Assembly: GCA_043228905.1 (NCBI GenBank)
Contig: JBHGNT010000083.1
Span: 36,133 to 100,132, forward strand
Reading direction: 5' to 3'
DNA length: 64,000 nt
DNA from: Azolla caroliniana
Lineage: Eukaryota; Plantae; Polypodiophyta
Positions 1 to 13,800 of this stretch are shown here, in pieces. The translations under genes were made by a program, and so were the position numbers. The notes beneath the pieces are model-generated. The model was not told the DNA's origin and ran no database searches. It saw only the letters and a list, made by a program, of their open reading frames with translations. Every line of letters begins with the position of its first letter. Position 1 is the first letter of the stretch.

Positions 1-302
1 TTCCCCTGGCAATCCCGCATCCATTCCATTTCTTAGCAGAGATAGCTTCATGCAGGTGGCCACACTGTCACATCATACATTTGCTAAACTTCAAACAAAA
101 TGTGCAATTAACTTAGTCTAGCCCATCTTACATCTGTTGTTCCTGTGTTTCCATGATTGCTTCTTTTGCAAAACACAAGTCAACCCGTTTCTCAGGTAAC
201 TCTTCCTTGAGAAACATCAGCTTGTTTTCGTGCTCTCAGACTGCTCTCAAAAACTTTATTTACTTCTACCTTCTAGCTATTACTTTGATTCTATAAATAT
301 TT

Positions 303-745
303 AATGTGCTTTACATGTATGAGTTAATTCATTGAACACATTCATATATGGGTATAAATCAGAAAAAGAAAACACCTCCTGTTTCTGTTTTCATTTCATT
401 ATCAGTTTCCAGACTTCAATACTCATTTCTTCCACTTATATTTCCCCCATTTCCTGTCATACTCAGCAACTCTGATCCCAAAACCTTCACCTTAGTAAAC
501 AGTTGTGTAGACTGGCATTTCCTTAATGCACTTTACATGTATTAGGTAATTCATTGAACACATTTTTATATGGGTATAAATCTGTTAACAAACATCACCT
601 TTTCCATTTTTACTTTATTTACCAGTTCTACAAACTTAGATACTTATTCCTTTCGTTTCTGTTTCCCCCATTTCCCCAACCATACTTGGTACTTCTGATC
701 CCAAGATCTTCAACTTTGTGAAGCATTGTCTAGGCTGGGATTTGC
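303..745. repeat. Diverged direct tandem duplication, ~222-bp unit
   Basis: 'aatgtgctttacatgtatgagttaattcattgaacacattcatatatgggtataaatc' at ~303 recurs as 'aatgcactttacatgtattaggtaattcattgaacacatttttatatgggtataaatc' at ~525; 'tctgatcccaa' follows in both units. Confidence 0.7.
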
Positions 746-2519
746 TTCACTTAGCCTTTCCGCTTCTCCCTTGATCACATCCTCATTTTCCTCCTCAGAA
801 GCACTAGACACCTCTTTGGAGAGAATCTTCTTCTCTCCTCTATTGATGCCCAAGCCACCATTCATATGTGATCGTCTTTTCCATCAAAAACATTGACATT
901 CACATATTCATGAAAATTTCAGATTTCAGTACAATAATCTTTCCTATGTTTGACAAGAAGCAATGACCTTGAAAGCTCCAAACACACCGTTAGACTGAAA
1001 AGAATGTTTTACAAAGAAACCAAAGCTTGGTGTATTCTGGATAAAAATGAGATTTGTGTGCAAACAAGTCTAATCAAAGTATTTGAAGGTTTACAGCAGA
1101 TGCATGTACCTATTCTATTATTTCCTACCCTGGAATTACATTAGCTCTTCTTAACAATATTGATTAAACACATTTTAAAATCAGTCAAAATTCTTTTTTG
1201 TATATGCAAAATAAAGGGATCAAACCTCTAGAAGAAGCACTCTTGGGATGCGCAAAAATAGCCCAAAACCAGGAAAAAGTTACAATGTCGGGAAGACTTT
1301 AGGAAGCGTCATTACAGTACTCGTTTAACATACACGATTGGGTTGCAGCCTATGTAGAGATGTGTAAACCTGTAATTCATAATGATAATGAAACAGCACT
1401 TCAACAGGACATACTCATACATAAATCAGCTATACCAGAATTTTTCGTGCAAGTAAGTTTCCCTGAAAACCAACATTTTACTGTGATAACTGGCTTTGCA
1501 ATTTGCAAACTTGCAATCGAACAAAAAACAGCTCCACATTTAAAGGCAATTAAAAGTGTATGATATATTAGATATTGAGATCTATCACAAGCATTTCAGA
1601 CCAATTACCATGAGGAATGAGGCCGATGGTGGGTGGGTCCTGATTAGTAGTTTCTACCATCAATATTTAAGTTAATTTTAGGGAAAATTTTAGTATAATG
1701 TGGCATAACATTATACTTGATACACAAAATATAGTAGCATGTACATATACTTGGCCTAATGGTATTAAGACCTGATGTCTTTTAAGCACATGATAGTTTA
1801 TGCTTGACAAAACATATGTCAACATTTTACCTAAAATCCATTTCTACATCTTCTTAATGAGAAAGAGAAAGCTATTTTCTTTCGATAAAAATACTTCAAA
1901 TCTCATTTATTCTAGTAAAAGTGCACAAGCTAAAAATACATATGTGTTCTCTTTCTCTCTCGTTTTCTTTTCCTTTTATTTTATTAAAACAATTCGAATC
2001 TATAGACAGTTTACTTTCACTAAAAACATCCAGATCCCATTCATTCCAGTAAAAATATGTAGGGGTGTTACTTAAGTAAAACCACTTTTATGTAGGAGAA
2101 GTACAAATCTTCCATTTGGCCCCTTTTCTATATGGTCTTTGCACAAAATCGATTTAATTTTATGCATATTCAGTACTACCATCCATTCCAATATTCATGC
2201 AAGCAAACTCCACACAACTCCATGTATTCCTGACTTTTGAAAAGTAAAGTTTAGACACTACCCATGACATAAGCTATAATCAACTGGCATAGACTAAATC
2301 ACAACTCCCTCCAAAATAACCAGAAATATTCAATCTGAAAAGCATTAGATATTTGTCCCATGATGAAAGACCTTTTGTCCAAACCCAAAATCAGTCATAT
2401 CAGAAATCCTAACAAGGCACACAGACGAAGCAAGATACAAAGAGAAATATTTTTTGAGCATTCTGATAGAGAATATTTATTCACCTTTGAGATAGCTGGC
2501 ACAAAAGCTTTCGTTGGAG

Positions 2520-4604
2520 TTAAGTATAAAATATCCCTTTACATTCTTCAGACCCACAAAGACAGTGTTTCGCTACCCATCGAGAATCCAAAGATGGCTT
2601 TTGGGTTCCATAATCCATAGTTAATTCATTGAAAGGTGGAATATTGTCCATTGCAAAAAGCATGATATGAGGGTGCTTTGAGTCATGGTGATTCCATGCA
2701 ACACACTGAGCAAACACATTTGGAGAACAGCTATGATTGATAAACCGTGACACATTTCCAGTTTGACTTGAATCAATGAGGATATCTGGTCTGGGAGCAA
2801 AATCTTTGATTTGTGAAGTTCGTGTACTGAGAAGATTTGATGCATCGCCCCACTGAGGAATATTTTGTGGTAACCTACTGGTATCTAAGAGATAATCTCT
2901 GGAACGCAAAGGCTGTGTATTCTCGATGAGCTTTCCGGTGTACTCACATATAAAGCTGCCTGCTGGAATACTGTCCCAGGATCTTAAACCCCACCCTCTA
3001 TCCTCTGTCTTGAAAACTTCTAACCGATATTTCATCCCTCTTTGTGTCAGCCTATTTCGACAGCTAAGTGGACACTTGCAATTGCTGCCACATTCGTAAA
3101 TTATGGCTCTCTCTTTCACAAGAACCCCACCATTAAGATATGCAAACACACTACCATTCTTAGAATAGCAAGAACATGCCTGTGAAACATTGCATACACC
3201 TTTGCATTCACATCCTATGGCACCGCCAAAATGCTGTTGATAATAAGAAGCTCCTTGTGGGTAGTACAAACTAGTTGAATACTGGAAAGGTTGTGGGCTA
3301 TGCAGGCTATCTACTGTATTCACCACACAGACAGGAAATCCTTCTTTACCATCGGAAATGTCAGCAAGGCACAATCCTTGTCTCTCACTTGGATTCTGCT
3401 TTAAAGAGTTTGAAAGCTTAAGGACAGATGATCCAAGCTCCGGCTGTCCTGGTAACCTCCGAAGCTTAAACTTGAACTCTTCAAATCCAAATTTTCCTTT
3501 CTCTGACCAACATTGTTCGACCTTGTATAGACCATCATAGGTATATGTTTTTCCAGAGGGGCTTGTGGTGTCTTTGATACCTCTTGTTACTCTAACAGGG
3601 ACTTTGTGTTTCATGCTACCTTCCATAGCCAAATTGCCCCTCTCCAACTTCTGATCTTCATTTGGTTTACTATCAAGTGCACTTTTTCCACCTTGACCCG
3701 TGTATATAAGTACCTCACCATCATCTTTGGCATCATAACCTCCTGAAGAGATGATACTAATGGCAACAGGGGTACTGTATTCGCTCTCTTTCATAGTTAG
3801 GTATTCAATGCCACCTTGGATGGGCCCATGCATACCAACACAACACATCTCCATTCGGAAGTAAAATTGGTCTCCAACTTCAATGCCAGGGACGGAGCCA
3901 ATGACCTTTGAATTTCGATTTACAGCTAATCCTCGGAGATTCACAATGCTACCAGCATTCAAGTCGGGGCGGGTACCTTTGCTGATGTCTCGATCTTTGC
4001 TCTCTTCTTCCAACAATAAATTTCTCCGCAAAGCATCGTATATACGGAGAGTGTTAGTGATGGCGCGGCGAGGAGGACGGGCCGACGAGGTGCCACCCGA
4101 AGAGGAGGAAGAAGAACACCGCTTCATAGAAGAGGCAGGTCTTTTGGGTCGGGATTCACTGCTCCTTCTCTTTTCCTTGTGGTCATCAAAAGAAGAGCGC
4201 TCATGCAGAGGAGGAGAGTTTTCACTTACATCGGAGGGGGGGCGGCGATGGCGGCAGGGACGGCCAGGAGGAGACGGTTGCTTGGACCCATTGCCGGGAC
4301 TGTGGACGATGTCGTCGGTGACGTCATCATCGTTGGGTTGGGCATTTGGCCGGGCATTTCCGGAGGCATTTCTCCGAAGATTTTGTTCAACGGTATGAGA
4401 TGCTGGCGTAGGAGGAGGAGATGTGGGTGGTGTAGGAATGCGAGGGGGTGGGAAACCATTGAAGAAGTTTAGGGGGTCAAATGTGTGTGGTAGGAAAGGC
4501 GGGACTCCGGGTGGGGCGACGATGCGCAGCGGCGGAACGTAGAAAATCGGGCCTTGATGATGCATGAACCCATCGCCAGCGAATGCCGCCGCCGGTTGCT
4601 CCAT
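2520..4604 (-). CDS. SUVH: SUVH-family histone H3K9 methyltransferase (SRA/YDG + pre-SET + SET + post-SET), intronless, SUVH1/3-like
   Basis: SRA: IGSVPGIEVGDQFYFRMEM..GMH..QGGIEY, SIISSGGY, YTYDGLY. Cys-rich pre-SET: GCECKGVC..C.C..KNG, IYECG..CKCP..C.NR. SET: RGWGLRSWDSI, RFINHSCSPN, ELTMDYG. Post-SET: CLCGSEECKG. The ORF-track start at 4802 is GTG inside a GAA microsatellite; the first in-frame ATG is at 4604 (MEQPAAAF). Confidence 0.95.
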   Translation of the reverse strand: MEQPAAAFAGDGFMHHQGPIFYVPPLRIVAPPGVPPFLPHTFDPLNFFNGFPPPRIPTPPTSPPPTPASHTVEQNLRRNASGNARPNAQPNDDDVTDDIVHSPGNGSKQPSPPGRPCRHRRPPSDVSENSPPLHERSSFDDHKEKRRSSESRPKRPASSMKRCSSSSSSGGTSSARPPRRAITNTLRIYDALRRNLLLEEESKDRDISKGTRPDLNAGSIVNLRGLAVNRNSKVIGSVPGIEVGDQFYFRMEMCCVGMHGPIQGGIEYLTMKESEYSTPVAISIISSGGYDAKDDGEVLIYTGQGGKSALDSKPNEDQKLERGNLAMEGSMKHKVPVRVTRGIKDTTSPSGKTYTYDGLYKVEQCWSEKGKFGFEEFKFKLRRLPGQPELGSSVLKLSNSLKQNPSERQGLCLADISDGKEGFPVCVVNTVDSLHSPQPFQYSTSLYYPQGASYYQQHFGGAIGCECKGVCNVSQACSCYSKNGSVFAYLNGGVLVKERAIIYECGSNCKCPLSCRNRLTQRGMKYRLEVFKTEDRGWGLRSWDSIPAGSFICEYTGKLIENTQPLRSRDYLLDTSRLPQNIPQWGDASNLLSTRTSQIKDFAPRPDILIDSSQTGNVSRFINHSCSPNVFAQCVAWNHHDSKHPHIMLFAMDNIPPFNELTMDYGTQKPSLDSRWVAKHCLCGSEECKGIFYT

Positions 4605-4635
4605 ATTCAGAAAATATGGATGACAACAAAATGGG

Positions 4636-4916
4636 TCTTCTTCTACTACTAGTTCTACTGCTGATCCTTCTTCTTCTGCTTCTTCTTCTTCTAGTGCTGA
4701 TCCTCCTCCTCCTCCTCCTTCTTCTTCTTCTTCTTCTTCTTCTTCTTCTTCTTCTTCTTCTTCTTCTTCTTCTTCTTCTTCTTCTTCTTCTTCTTCTTCC
4801 ACTACTACTACTTCTACTGCTAATCCTTCTTCTTCTTCTTCTTCTTCTTCTTATTCTTCTTCTTCTTCTTCTTCTTCTTCTTCTACTGCTGCTACTGCTA
4901 CTGCTACTGCTACTAC
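4636..4916. repeat. Compound trinucleotide microsatellite (TTC/CTA/CTG/CCT)n upstream of the SUVH ATG
   Basis: Long (ttc)n runs read directly; these produce the spurious poly-E and poly-L ORFs. Confidence 0.95.
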
Positions 4917-5063
4917 AGTCTACAATTTTTCTCTTGTTTTTTTCACTCGTCTTCTCTTTAATTTTCTCTTTTCTGCTTCCTCCTCTTCTTGGTTAGTTAG
5001 TAATGGTGAGGAAGACCACAAAAAATGGTACACAGAACTTAGAAGGAAGGAAGAAGGCAACAC

Positions 5064-5096
<33 letters not shown>

Positions 5097-8000
5097 CATA
5101 CATACATACATACATACAAAAAATGGTACACAGAACTTAGAAGTAAGGAAGAAGGCAACACATATGTATATGTATACATACATACATTATACATACATAC
5201 ATACATACATGCCTTTTTCTCCTCTGTTTATGCACTAACAACAACACACACACACACTCACTCACTCTTGTTTTTTATTCAAACTTGGCCTTCTTTTATT
5301 TATCACATTCATTTTCCCACTCCATTCCGTCTTGGTCCTCCGTAAGAGCCATCTCTCGGACGACAGACATATGTACATACGTTTTATGGACGGACGATTT
5401 TACTCGCTCAGGGCTCCACGAATCACCTCCGTTTAACGCCCATCTACGGTTCCAGATCAGACACCGAACATTTCGTAGGGGGGAGGGGAGGCCTTTGTTG
5501 ATTTTATGTGTGACCCTCGTGTTTTCACCTCGCATCCATAACATATCATATTAATATTACACAAGGAGCATATACCTCTTGTATGTACATACATATATGA
5601 ATCCAAATCATAGACCTAAGATTATGAGTGACCTCTCCTACACATAGGGAGTGCAACATAGTTATGGGACTATGAGCTTTTTATATGCAAGGTGGTGATA
5701 TAAATTAGGGCCTTGGTACAGTGGGGACCTAAAAGGTTGTCGACCCACAACCCACTCAATATGCAAAGAGCCTTGCCTTTAGAAGCACAAAGACTTAGGT
5801 CCTTATCCAAAACCCTTGCGCCCCACACACCACATCTATATGGATATCCTCCACCTCACATATGGAATCTCGAAATGGCGAGTGGAAACCTTGTGTACCC
5901 CTAGATATACTTCAATAAGTATCTTGTGCCTCCTCTGCATAACCTCATTCGTATTAAGAGGAAATCCATAATTTGTCTACTACCACCACCTAGTTATATT
6001 CCCTTGTCACATTAACGTCCAATGGTGATATTACTAACCACGTGCTCCCTTTGCACCTATCTACGGACACAATTTTGGGCTTTTAGAAGCCCCTAATGTT
6101 GAGACTTATTGGGTAGTTATCTCGAGGGAGAAATTGTGAAGCAAGCATTCCAATAATGGTGTCATCATCATCCACTTCATTGTAAGTTGAAACTCCACAT
6201 CATCATTCTAGAAATATACAGAAATGATATTTTTGAGATGGTCTTCAATTGGTCACATGCCCAAATAATTATCGTTTCCCTAAAAGAGGACTCCTCTATG
6301 CACACTCATCTTTCTTTCATAAGACACTCGTGCTCGAGTTATGGCTACCACCATTGACAAATATTAGACTCGTAGATCCATACCTCCAAAATCTTTTTCC
6401 ATCATCACTTTGGGCATGAAGCATTGTTCCATGACGTGGCCCTCATCGTGTGAAATGCATCATGTATGCCATGCATTCCATCAATGTGTACCAATAGAAC
6501 ATATATTCCGTTTCAAAGTCCGCAAGCATGTTTTACATCATAGAAATTTAATCTTCCTATGATAAATTTAGCGATTCCACAATAAAATTGTTTTTGCAAA
6601 AGATGTGCATGCATGAACTTGATTGAGAGGTCCACTTCATTAAAAATAACAGTTATTGTGCTTATATTCAACGTTATTAGATCAATTCCATTGTTCTAGA
6701 CTTATCATATTAAATATGGGCACAAGTGGAAGTTATAATCATTGTCTGTTTTATAGCTTTATTCAATTGTCAAACATAATTCCAATGCATATCTTCTTAA
6801 ATTGATTTGCAATCTCTACATGCACAATGGGCAAGTTTTCTTCATAATTATTTTTGTATCGTTTTTTTTTCCAAAAACAAACTCCTTCCATTAATTATAA
6901 AATTTACAAATGAGACGATTATGTACAAATCCCTGAAGGGACGCGATAGTTCCATCTTATGTGGATGCCCACTGACTCAAGAAAGGGAGAGAACGACCAT
7001 TGTTGGATGAAGACTATTCGTTGTCTTTCAACTCCCTCGGAGCCGCCCTTAAGGCCATCATATTGGCTCTTTAGAGTGGCTACAATTTCACTCCATATCT
7101 CTTGCAGTAACCCTTCACTTACATTGTTATATTGTTATATCAAGCGGTAATATAGTTACATGCATTTTGTTAACTCTTCACTTACATGCACAAGGGCAAG
7201 TTTTAGTCACAATTAATTTCGTATGGTTATATGAAGCGGTAATCTAGTTTTTTCTATTTCGTAGTACAATCCTATGTGCCATAAAAAATACATGCATTAT
7301 ATGTTTAAAGCTTGTATTCATCATTAATAGGCGCTTGGCTCTAGACTTGCAAAAGCAAATAATTAACAATAATTTGATGGAATTGTTGTTGTTTTATACT
7401 TTTTGCAATGCACCATGCAAGAAATTCCAATGATATTGTTGAATCACTCTATATTTAGTTTCATTTGCTATGCATACCAATATAAATGTATAAAATATGT
7501 TACACTTGCACCTGGTAGATGCGCACAACATCAAAATGGAAATAGTTGCCAATATAATAATCAACCACAACCAATGTTAGGTTTTGATGTGCAACCAACA
7601 ATTCCATGGGACATGTATTTTTAAAACATGTCAATCTTATTGGAAAGGAAAATTTCGAACTTGCCAATCCATTGACATTCTAAAGTAATTGTTATTCGTC
7701 CATAAACATGAAGGTACAATATTTTCATAAAGCCATGATGCTTTTTCGTAGAAAATGACATGTAGTGTAAAGGGCATTTTCTATTAAAATTCCACTTACA
7801 TTATTTGAATTGTTTACACAGCAAAACACCAAAAAATCCTGAGAATCTTGAGTATTATGTATGGAGTATCGTGGACATTCAATAGGTTATACATCTAAAT
7901 CTGAGTCTTCAAATGTTTCAAGAAAGTCTCTCTACAATGCAAAATTTATTCTCATGGAAGCTTACTCTTGCAGCTTTTGAAAACTTTGTGGTCTTTTGGT

Positions 8001-10829
8001 AAATACACAAAATATCAACAATATTTGGCATCCTTAATCACACCAAAATTGGAACCCAATCAATAGGCAACCCCGATAAGGAAAGTTGTCCAAGTGTGGA
8101 TCATAAAAACACATACCCATCCACAATAAGAGAACCCACATGTCCACCATGAAGGAGATGCTAAAGTGTCCATTGAACCCTAAACATTGACTACAACCAT
8201 CATGGTTCAAGTTGAACTCACATCCCCACTTTCATTAGGCATGGTTAAATTCATTGCTGAGTTTTTCCGTTTGCATTGTTAGAAAGGGAAGGGAAGTCAT
8301 GGGTTCGAAGGTAGTCTTTTTATTTATTTTAAACTTTATTTATTGTTGGTTTGGCTCTTCCTTTTCATGTTATTTGTATTTATTCTTCTTTTTGTTTATC
8401 TTCCATCCTTTTCTATAGCCTATTTTCTCTTATTTTACTCCTCACTATCTCCTAGTGGACATCCCCTCTAATTTAATAATTTGTTTCTGGTTTCTCCATT
8501 TCTCTCCACTATTCCAACCTCATGTTCTTCCTTTAGTCAATCTCATTATTCAATCTCATTATTCAATCTCATTATTCAATCTCATCATCTCAATCTTTCT
8601 TCTCTCCTAGCTCTTACTTCATCCATATGACTGAGCCCCTAACCCTACTTTGCAATAACCATCGTTCTCACCATCCTAAATCAAATAAAAATATGTTTGC
8701 AATATGTTTGAATGATATATGTGTATACTTAACAAATTAAAATTGGTCAAAATATACAATACAACATACATACTCTTACTATAAAAGCATTATACAATCA
8801 TAGTGTGAAAATCGACGAAAACACCCAACCATTACACTACAATGGTAGATGATTTCTCGAATGAAGACAATAACCACCAATATCTTGGTGACATAGAGAA
8901 TCACTATAATACTGGTGACAATGCCAACAAAAACATCTTCCTAATCCCCATATTCTCTTAACACTCTAACCTAGACATCATACATATTCCTTGTAGTGAC
9001 CACCTTCCACCTTCGACCCTCAATCAACAACCCCTAGATCACCCAAAACCCCTCCTCTTGCCTCGATATACATTTGTTTGATATGAAAGTTAACTACTTA
9101 GACCATTTGCTCTGTTCACATTGCATGGCTAAATGATAGAGCAACGATAACTATATATTGATTAATAACTTATATAGTGTTCCTATTATGTTTCTTTAGT
9201 GTGTCAACATAGCACAACTAAATGGTGGAGTAGCAATCATTCTATCAATTAATAACTTATATTGTATTCAAATCTTTATCTTTAGTGAAACAAAGTTGTG
9301 GTGAAGAAATGGAAAAAGGAATCCTCCTCCTCTTTCTTCTATCACTACTACTACAATGACTCGGCATTGACGATATGGCTTGGCCACTCAATAATTCGTT
9401 TGATCGGCTTGATGTGGTTCACTAAGCGGGACAATTGTTCCATGACTAACTTCTTCACAAGGTTCACCACATTACCCAACATAACTTATAAGAAGTTAAC
9501 ACTCAAGTAAGTTTATGACAAGTTGTGCTCAAGTGGGTTGAGGACATCATGTTATAAGTCCATGGATCATAAGAATTGATTGCATATGATCAAACCCAAC
9601 AAGCATGTTCTAACACCTAACATGCCAAGTCATGAATTTATATATATACATGTATGCATCTCTTTATGTAATAACATAGCCATGCTTATAAACTCAAGTT
9701 GATTTCACACTACGCACCCTCTTCCTTTTCTTCCACTTATGCATCAATTAGTGTATCATTTTCTTTGTTCTCCCCAAATATCAATTGGAGCTTGCTAGTC
9801 CACATTAATCATAAAACTAGTCAACCAATTTTTGGAAAAAAAAAACTAGTTAACCAATGGGGGTTCGTGCATTATTCAACACCATAGTGACATTGTTCCA
9901 TATATATCAATTAACCATTGATAAAAGTATTAAACTACAAAACACAACAGAAACTTACAATTTTCAAAACTAAGGAATGAGTTGACAATTCAATTTAGGC
10001 TGTTCTAATTTGCTAATCTACTTGTTATGAAATCATGCATTATTTTTCAAATGGGCTATGGAAGTCGGCATCATACAGATGAGAAAATTTCTAGGATGCA
10101 CAACAATAGAAGAGTTACCAAAAAATCCACCATATTGAATGATCATAATAATAGGTCCATACAATTAAGAATAGAATATCCATTGTACGTTAATCCAATA
10201 GGACTCTTTGTGCTTCATTTAGCAAGATACATATTTGAAAATAATTTTTTTTGGTTAATCGAAGGCACATCTATGGCCATAAATGGACTGATAAACTAGG
10301 ACAGCCAAAAAAAATCATTGGAGTGCCTAATGTAACAAACCCAAGTTTTCCTCATCCTTTCTGTACTAACAGCTATGCTCTTGTCATCTACTATCCTATA
10401 CCTAACTCTTCAATCATTCGAATGTCACTTTATACTTTGACGATTATATATTGACAATAGGAAAGAAATGACAGCCAGAAATGTTATCTTATCCATGATT
10501 GTAGACGACATTTTCTCCTATACAATTTCAACATTTTCATAATACTTGAACACATAAGAAATGGTATACTCAGAAGTTTAAAAATGCTGCAGGATTTGGA
10601 AATCTAGTATCTATACATCTAGTTCACATCAGCAATTTGCCGACTTTTTTATGTAATTCTTGTGCTGGTAACATGGTTGCAAACATGCCATTGACAGCGA
10701 CTCATGGCATAACAAAAAATGCCCACCAATGTACCTGCATGCACATCATGTGCACGAAATAGGGATTTCGCTTGCACAATTTTAGCATCTTGAATGATAT
10801 ATTAACAGCTGGAAAAACCCGAGAAAAAA

Positions 10830-13800
10830 CTAAGCTCTCCGAATCTTCTTGGACCTAGAGATTCCCCGTTGTGTTTTTTCGACCCGCTTGCGCTTTCCAA
10901 GACTTTTACTCCCCTCTTTATTCATAGCAATTTGCCTCTTAGAATGTGAACTCTTACTCCTGATTTGGCTCCTTTTGTCATGTTTGACTTCTGTTGAATC
11001 CTGTACACCTTTGTAGGAGACAGATGGTTTGGCTCTCTTTCTCTGTGGCTGGACCTCATCATTATCATATTCTTCCAGTTTCCTTGAATGCTTTGTTGAT
11101 GTAGAGTCCTGCTTCTTGTTTTGTAATACACGACTTATTCGTAGAATCCTGTCCCTCAATTTCATTTTCCGTTTAAAGGCAAGGATATGCCTAGCACTCT
11201 CCTGCAAAGAGAAAAAAAGAAGCTCTCATTGACAAATATAGCCACCCATTAAGGCATAATTTAGTTTGTATTACTTTTGTTTTGAAAAGCACAAAGGCAA
11301 TTCCCTTGTTAAGGCTAGTGTGAGAATCTCTAACAACATTAATGGCTTCAACATCCATATCTGGTGTGAATACTTGATAGAGTTCCTCATCCTGAAATAT
11401 AATATCCGTTGAATGCAATCATTAATTGAAAATTCGAGTCTAATAGCATGTTATACAAATCTTGGTTAAACCTTCAATCAGTAGACAATACCTGTACATC
11501 AAATGGAAGATTGCCAATTAATATCGATCGACTATTGTCATAAGGTGAAGAAGGGTTCCCATTCGTTACTCCATATGGACCATGGGCAGCATCAACTCGT
11601 ATGAGGTTTCCATTCAACTGAAAGCAAAGTTGAAGGAAACAATATTAGAACATAATCAAGCGGGATAATATCAGTCCATAATATCGTAACAGATACCTCT
11701 TTCATGTTGTGAGCATGTGCAGCATTTGCATGTGATAGTTCTTTGAAGACTATATAGGCATGTTGACTGGAAAGAAGTTTTCAAAAAAAAAGATCAAAAT
11801 GAAAACTTGGACGAGACCTATGAATGTTATGTTCATGGTCCTTGTTCCAAGCTCACCAAATTTAAATGCTAATTTATGTCCGTTTAAATTTATTAAAGTG
11901 TAAATGTGAGTCATATCACATAGGGTAATAGAATTGGTTCCATGAGAAATAAATGTCTGTCATAGTTAGAATGTTTGGTTGAGTGTAAAAGGCATACCTT
12001 AAACACATTTAGTGCTATGATCTTGTGGCCAAGGTTGGAAGGAGACTAGACAGATCACCCATGTACTCCTCTTTGTTGGAGGCATGTGAGAGCAACATAT
12101 ATACATCTTATGAAATCTTTTAGAAAGTAGCTGATTGAGTAATGAAATATGAGGCCAAGACCACTCCATGAGATCACATTGACATGAGATTGACCACAAG
12201 AAAGATTCACATGGGATAGTGTTGATACTACTCAGCGATGGTTCTTTTTTTCTCTCCAAAAACTCAGTGATGGTTCTTTGTTTTTGAAATTAGATGTTAA
12301 AACTCTTCCAAATGAGAATAATGTCAAATAACTCATGATGGAAGAGGTAAACTCAACCAAATAGATAGATGCCCATTAGAAAAAAGATGCATATGCATAT
12401 GCTACATGTGTGACATTCCATTTATTTATCAGTCCTATGACTGCACAGTGAATCTTACTTTAATAAGGGTACATTGATATAAGATAATAGTAGGGTTTTA
12501 CTTGAATTATGAAAGCTTATCTATATATATCAATGACAATGATCAAATATCTAGTATGCATCCAAAATCTGCTGGTTCAGCTGATTTCAAAATTCTAATC
12601 ACAATTTAATGGCATGATAAAATGGAAATTACAAATGAATGTAAGGTTTTGAACTAACGTCAGGTATCATTACAATATCGTATTCCAAACAGATCCAAGA
12701 TAACCTACAAGACACTCTCTTAGCAGAATGCATTAAATAAATTAAAGTGGAACAAACCTGGTAATGGCTTTATTGACTTGGGCTTTAAAAACAGCACCTC
12801 TGCTTGGAATTTTCGTCTACACGAAGTTACATTAGTCAGATACCTTTCTGACTTCTGATCATGCAACAAGTGGTGCTAAAAGTATGGAAAATATTCCTTA
12901 GTAACCATGCAAACATATTAAGAAAAGGGAAAAACATCAAAATACCCCTAACTAGTTGGATTTGAATGAGAATACTCCTAAGTTTTCAAATTTCGCCACA
13001 ATAAAATATAATATTTACCAGTACATGGGGATATCTTGGTAAATTTTGAGAACTCGGGGTATTCTGGTAGATGCTAGTGTCCAACAAGTTAGGTGTTTTG
13101 GTCTTTTCCCCTAAAATTACTTGTAATATATAGCAATGGAAGCTTACATCTATTATGGGTATAGAACTTAGTCGTACAGAATCAATGAGACCATACTGAG
13201 AGAATTCTTTAACAATTTCCTTTTTCTTCACATTCATTGGCAAATTTCCAACAAGGACAGTTCTGCTCAGTTTTTCCTCGTCACCAGAGGCTTGTATCTT
13301 CATATCACTTGCCAAGTCATCATCTGATCCATTCCTTTTTCTCTTTTTGTTCATACCTTCGCCCTCTTCTTTGTCATCTTTCTTTACATAAATCATCCTA
13401 GATTCTTCACTTGTGGGCAAAGGTCCATCAGCAGCATGTTTAAGGCGTTTCACATATCTAGTTTCAATGATATCTTCCTTCTTTCTCTTTCTATTTACCT
13501 TTGCACCCTTTTCGTCATCATTCACCAGGATTGGATCTACTTTCATGTTAGCTATGGTTTCCACACTAGCTTCAAATCTGTGGTCCTCTTTCGGCATACC
13601 TGCATTGTTCATGTTCTCCTTTTTTACATGCAAAATTTGCTTGGTCTGCATGTTTATCTTTTGTCTTTTTATGAATGGATTCTGTTCAATTGGCTCTTTT
13701 GACATGTTTACAGCATCATTCTTATCTCCATTTACAAGTAAATTCAGCTCTGTCTGCTTTTTGACCATATCTGCATTCCTGACCTTATGTTTTCTTGCAT

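Noticed and set aside
1-880. Coding-like purine-rich minus-strand sequence (MNGGLGINRGEKKILSKEVSSASEEENEDV…)
   Set aside because: Interrupted by stops and a tandem duplication, with no recognisable family; it may be a pseudogene or UTR continuing beyond the window.
4605-4996. Poly-Glu N-terminus of SUVH and the antisense poly-Leu ORF
   Set aside because: Products of a trinucleotide microsatellite. The extension starts at GTG, has no ATG, and has an in-frame TAA at 4853.
5560-10400. Possible genes among the short ORFs between SUVH and RBM34
   Set aside because: No coherent exon chain or motif; it looks like heavily decayed TE sequence that I cannot classify.
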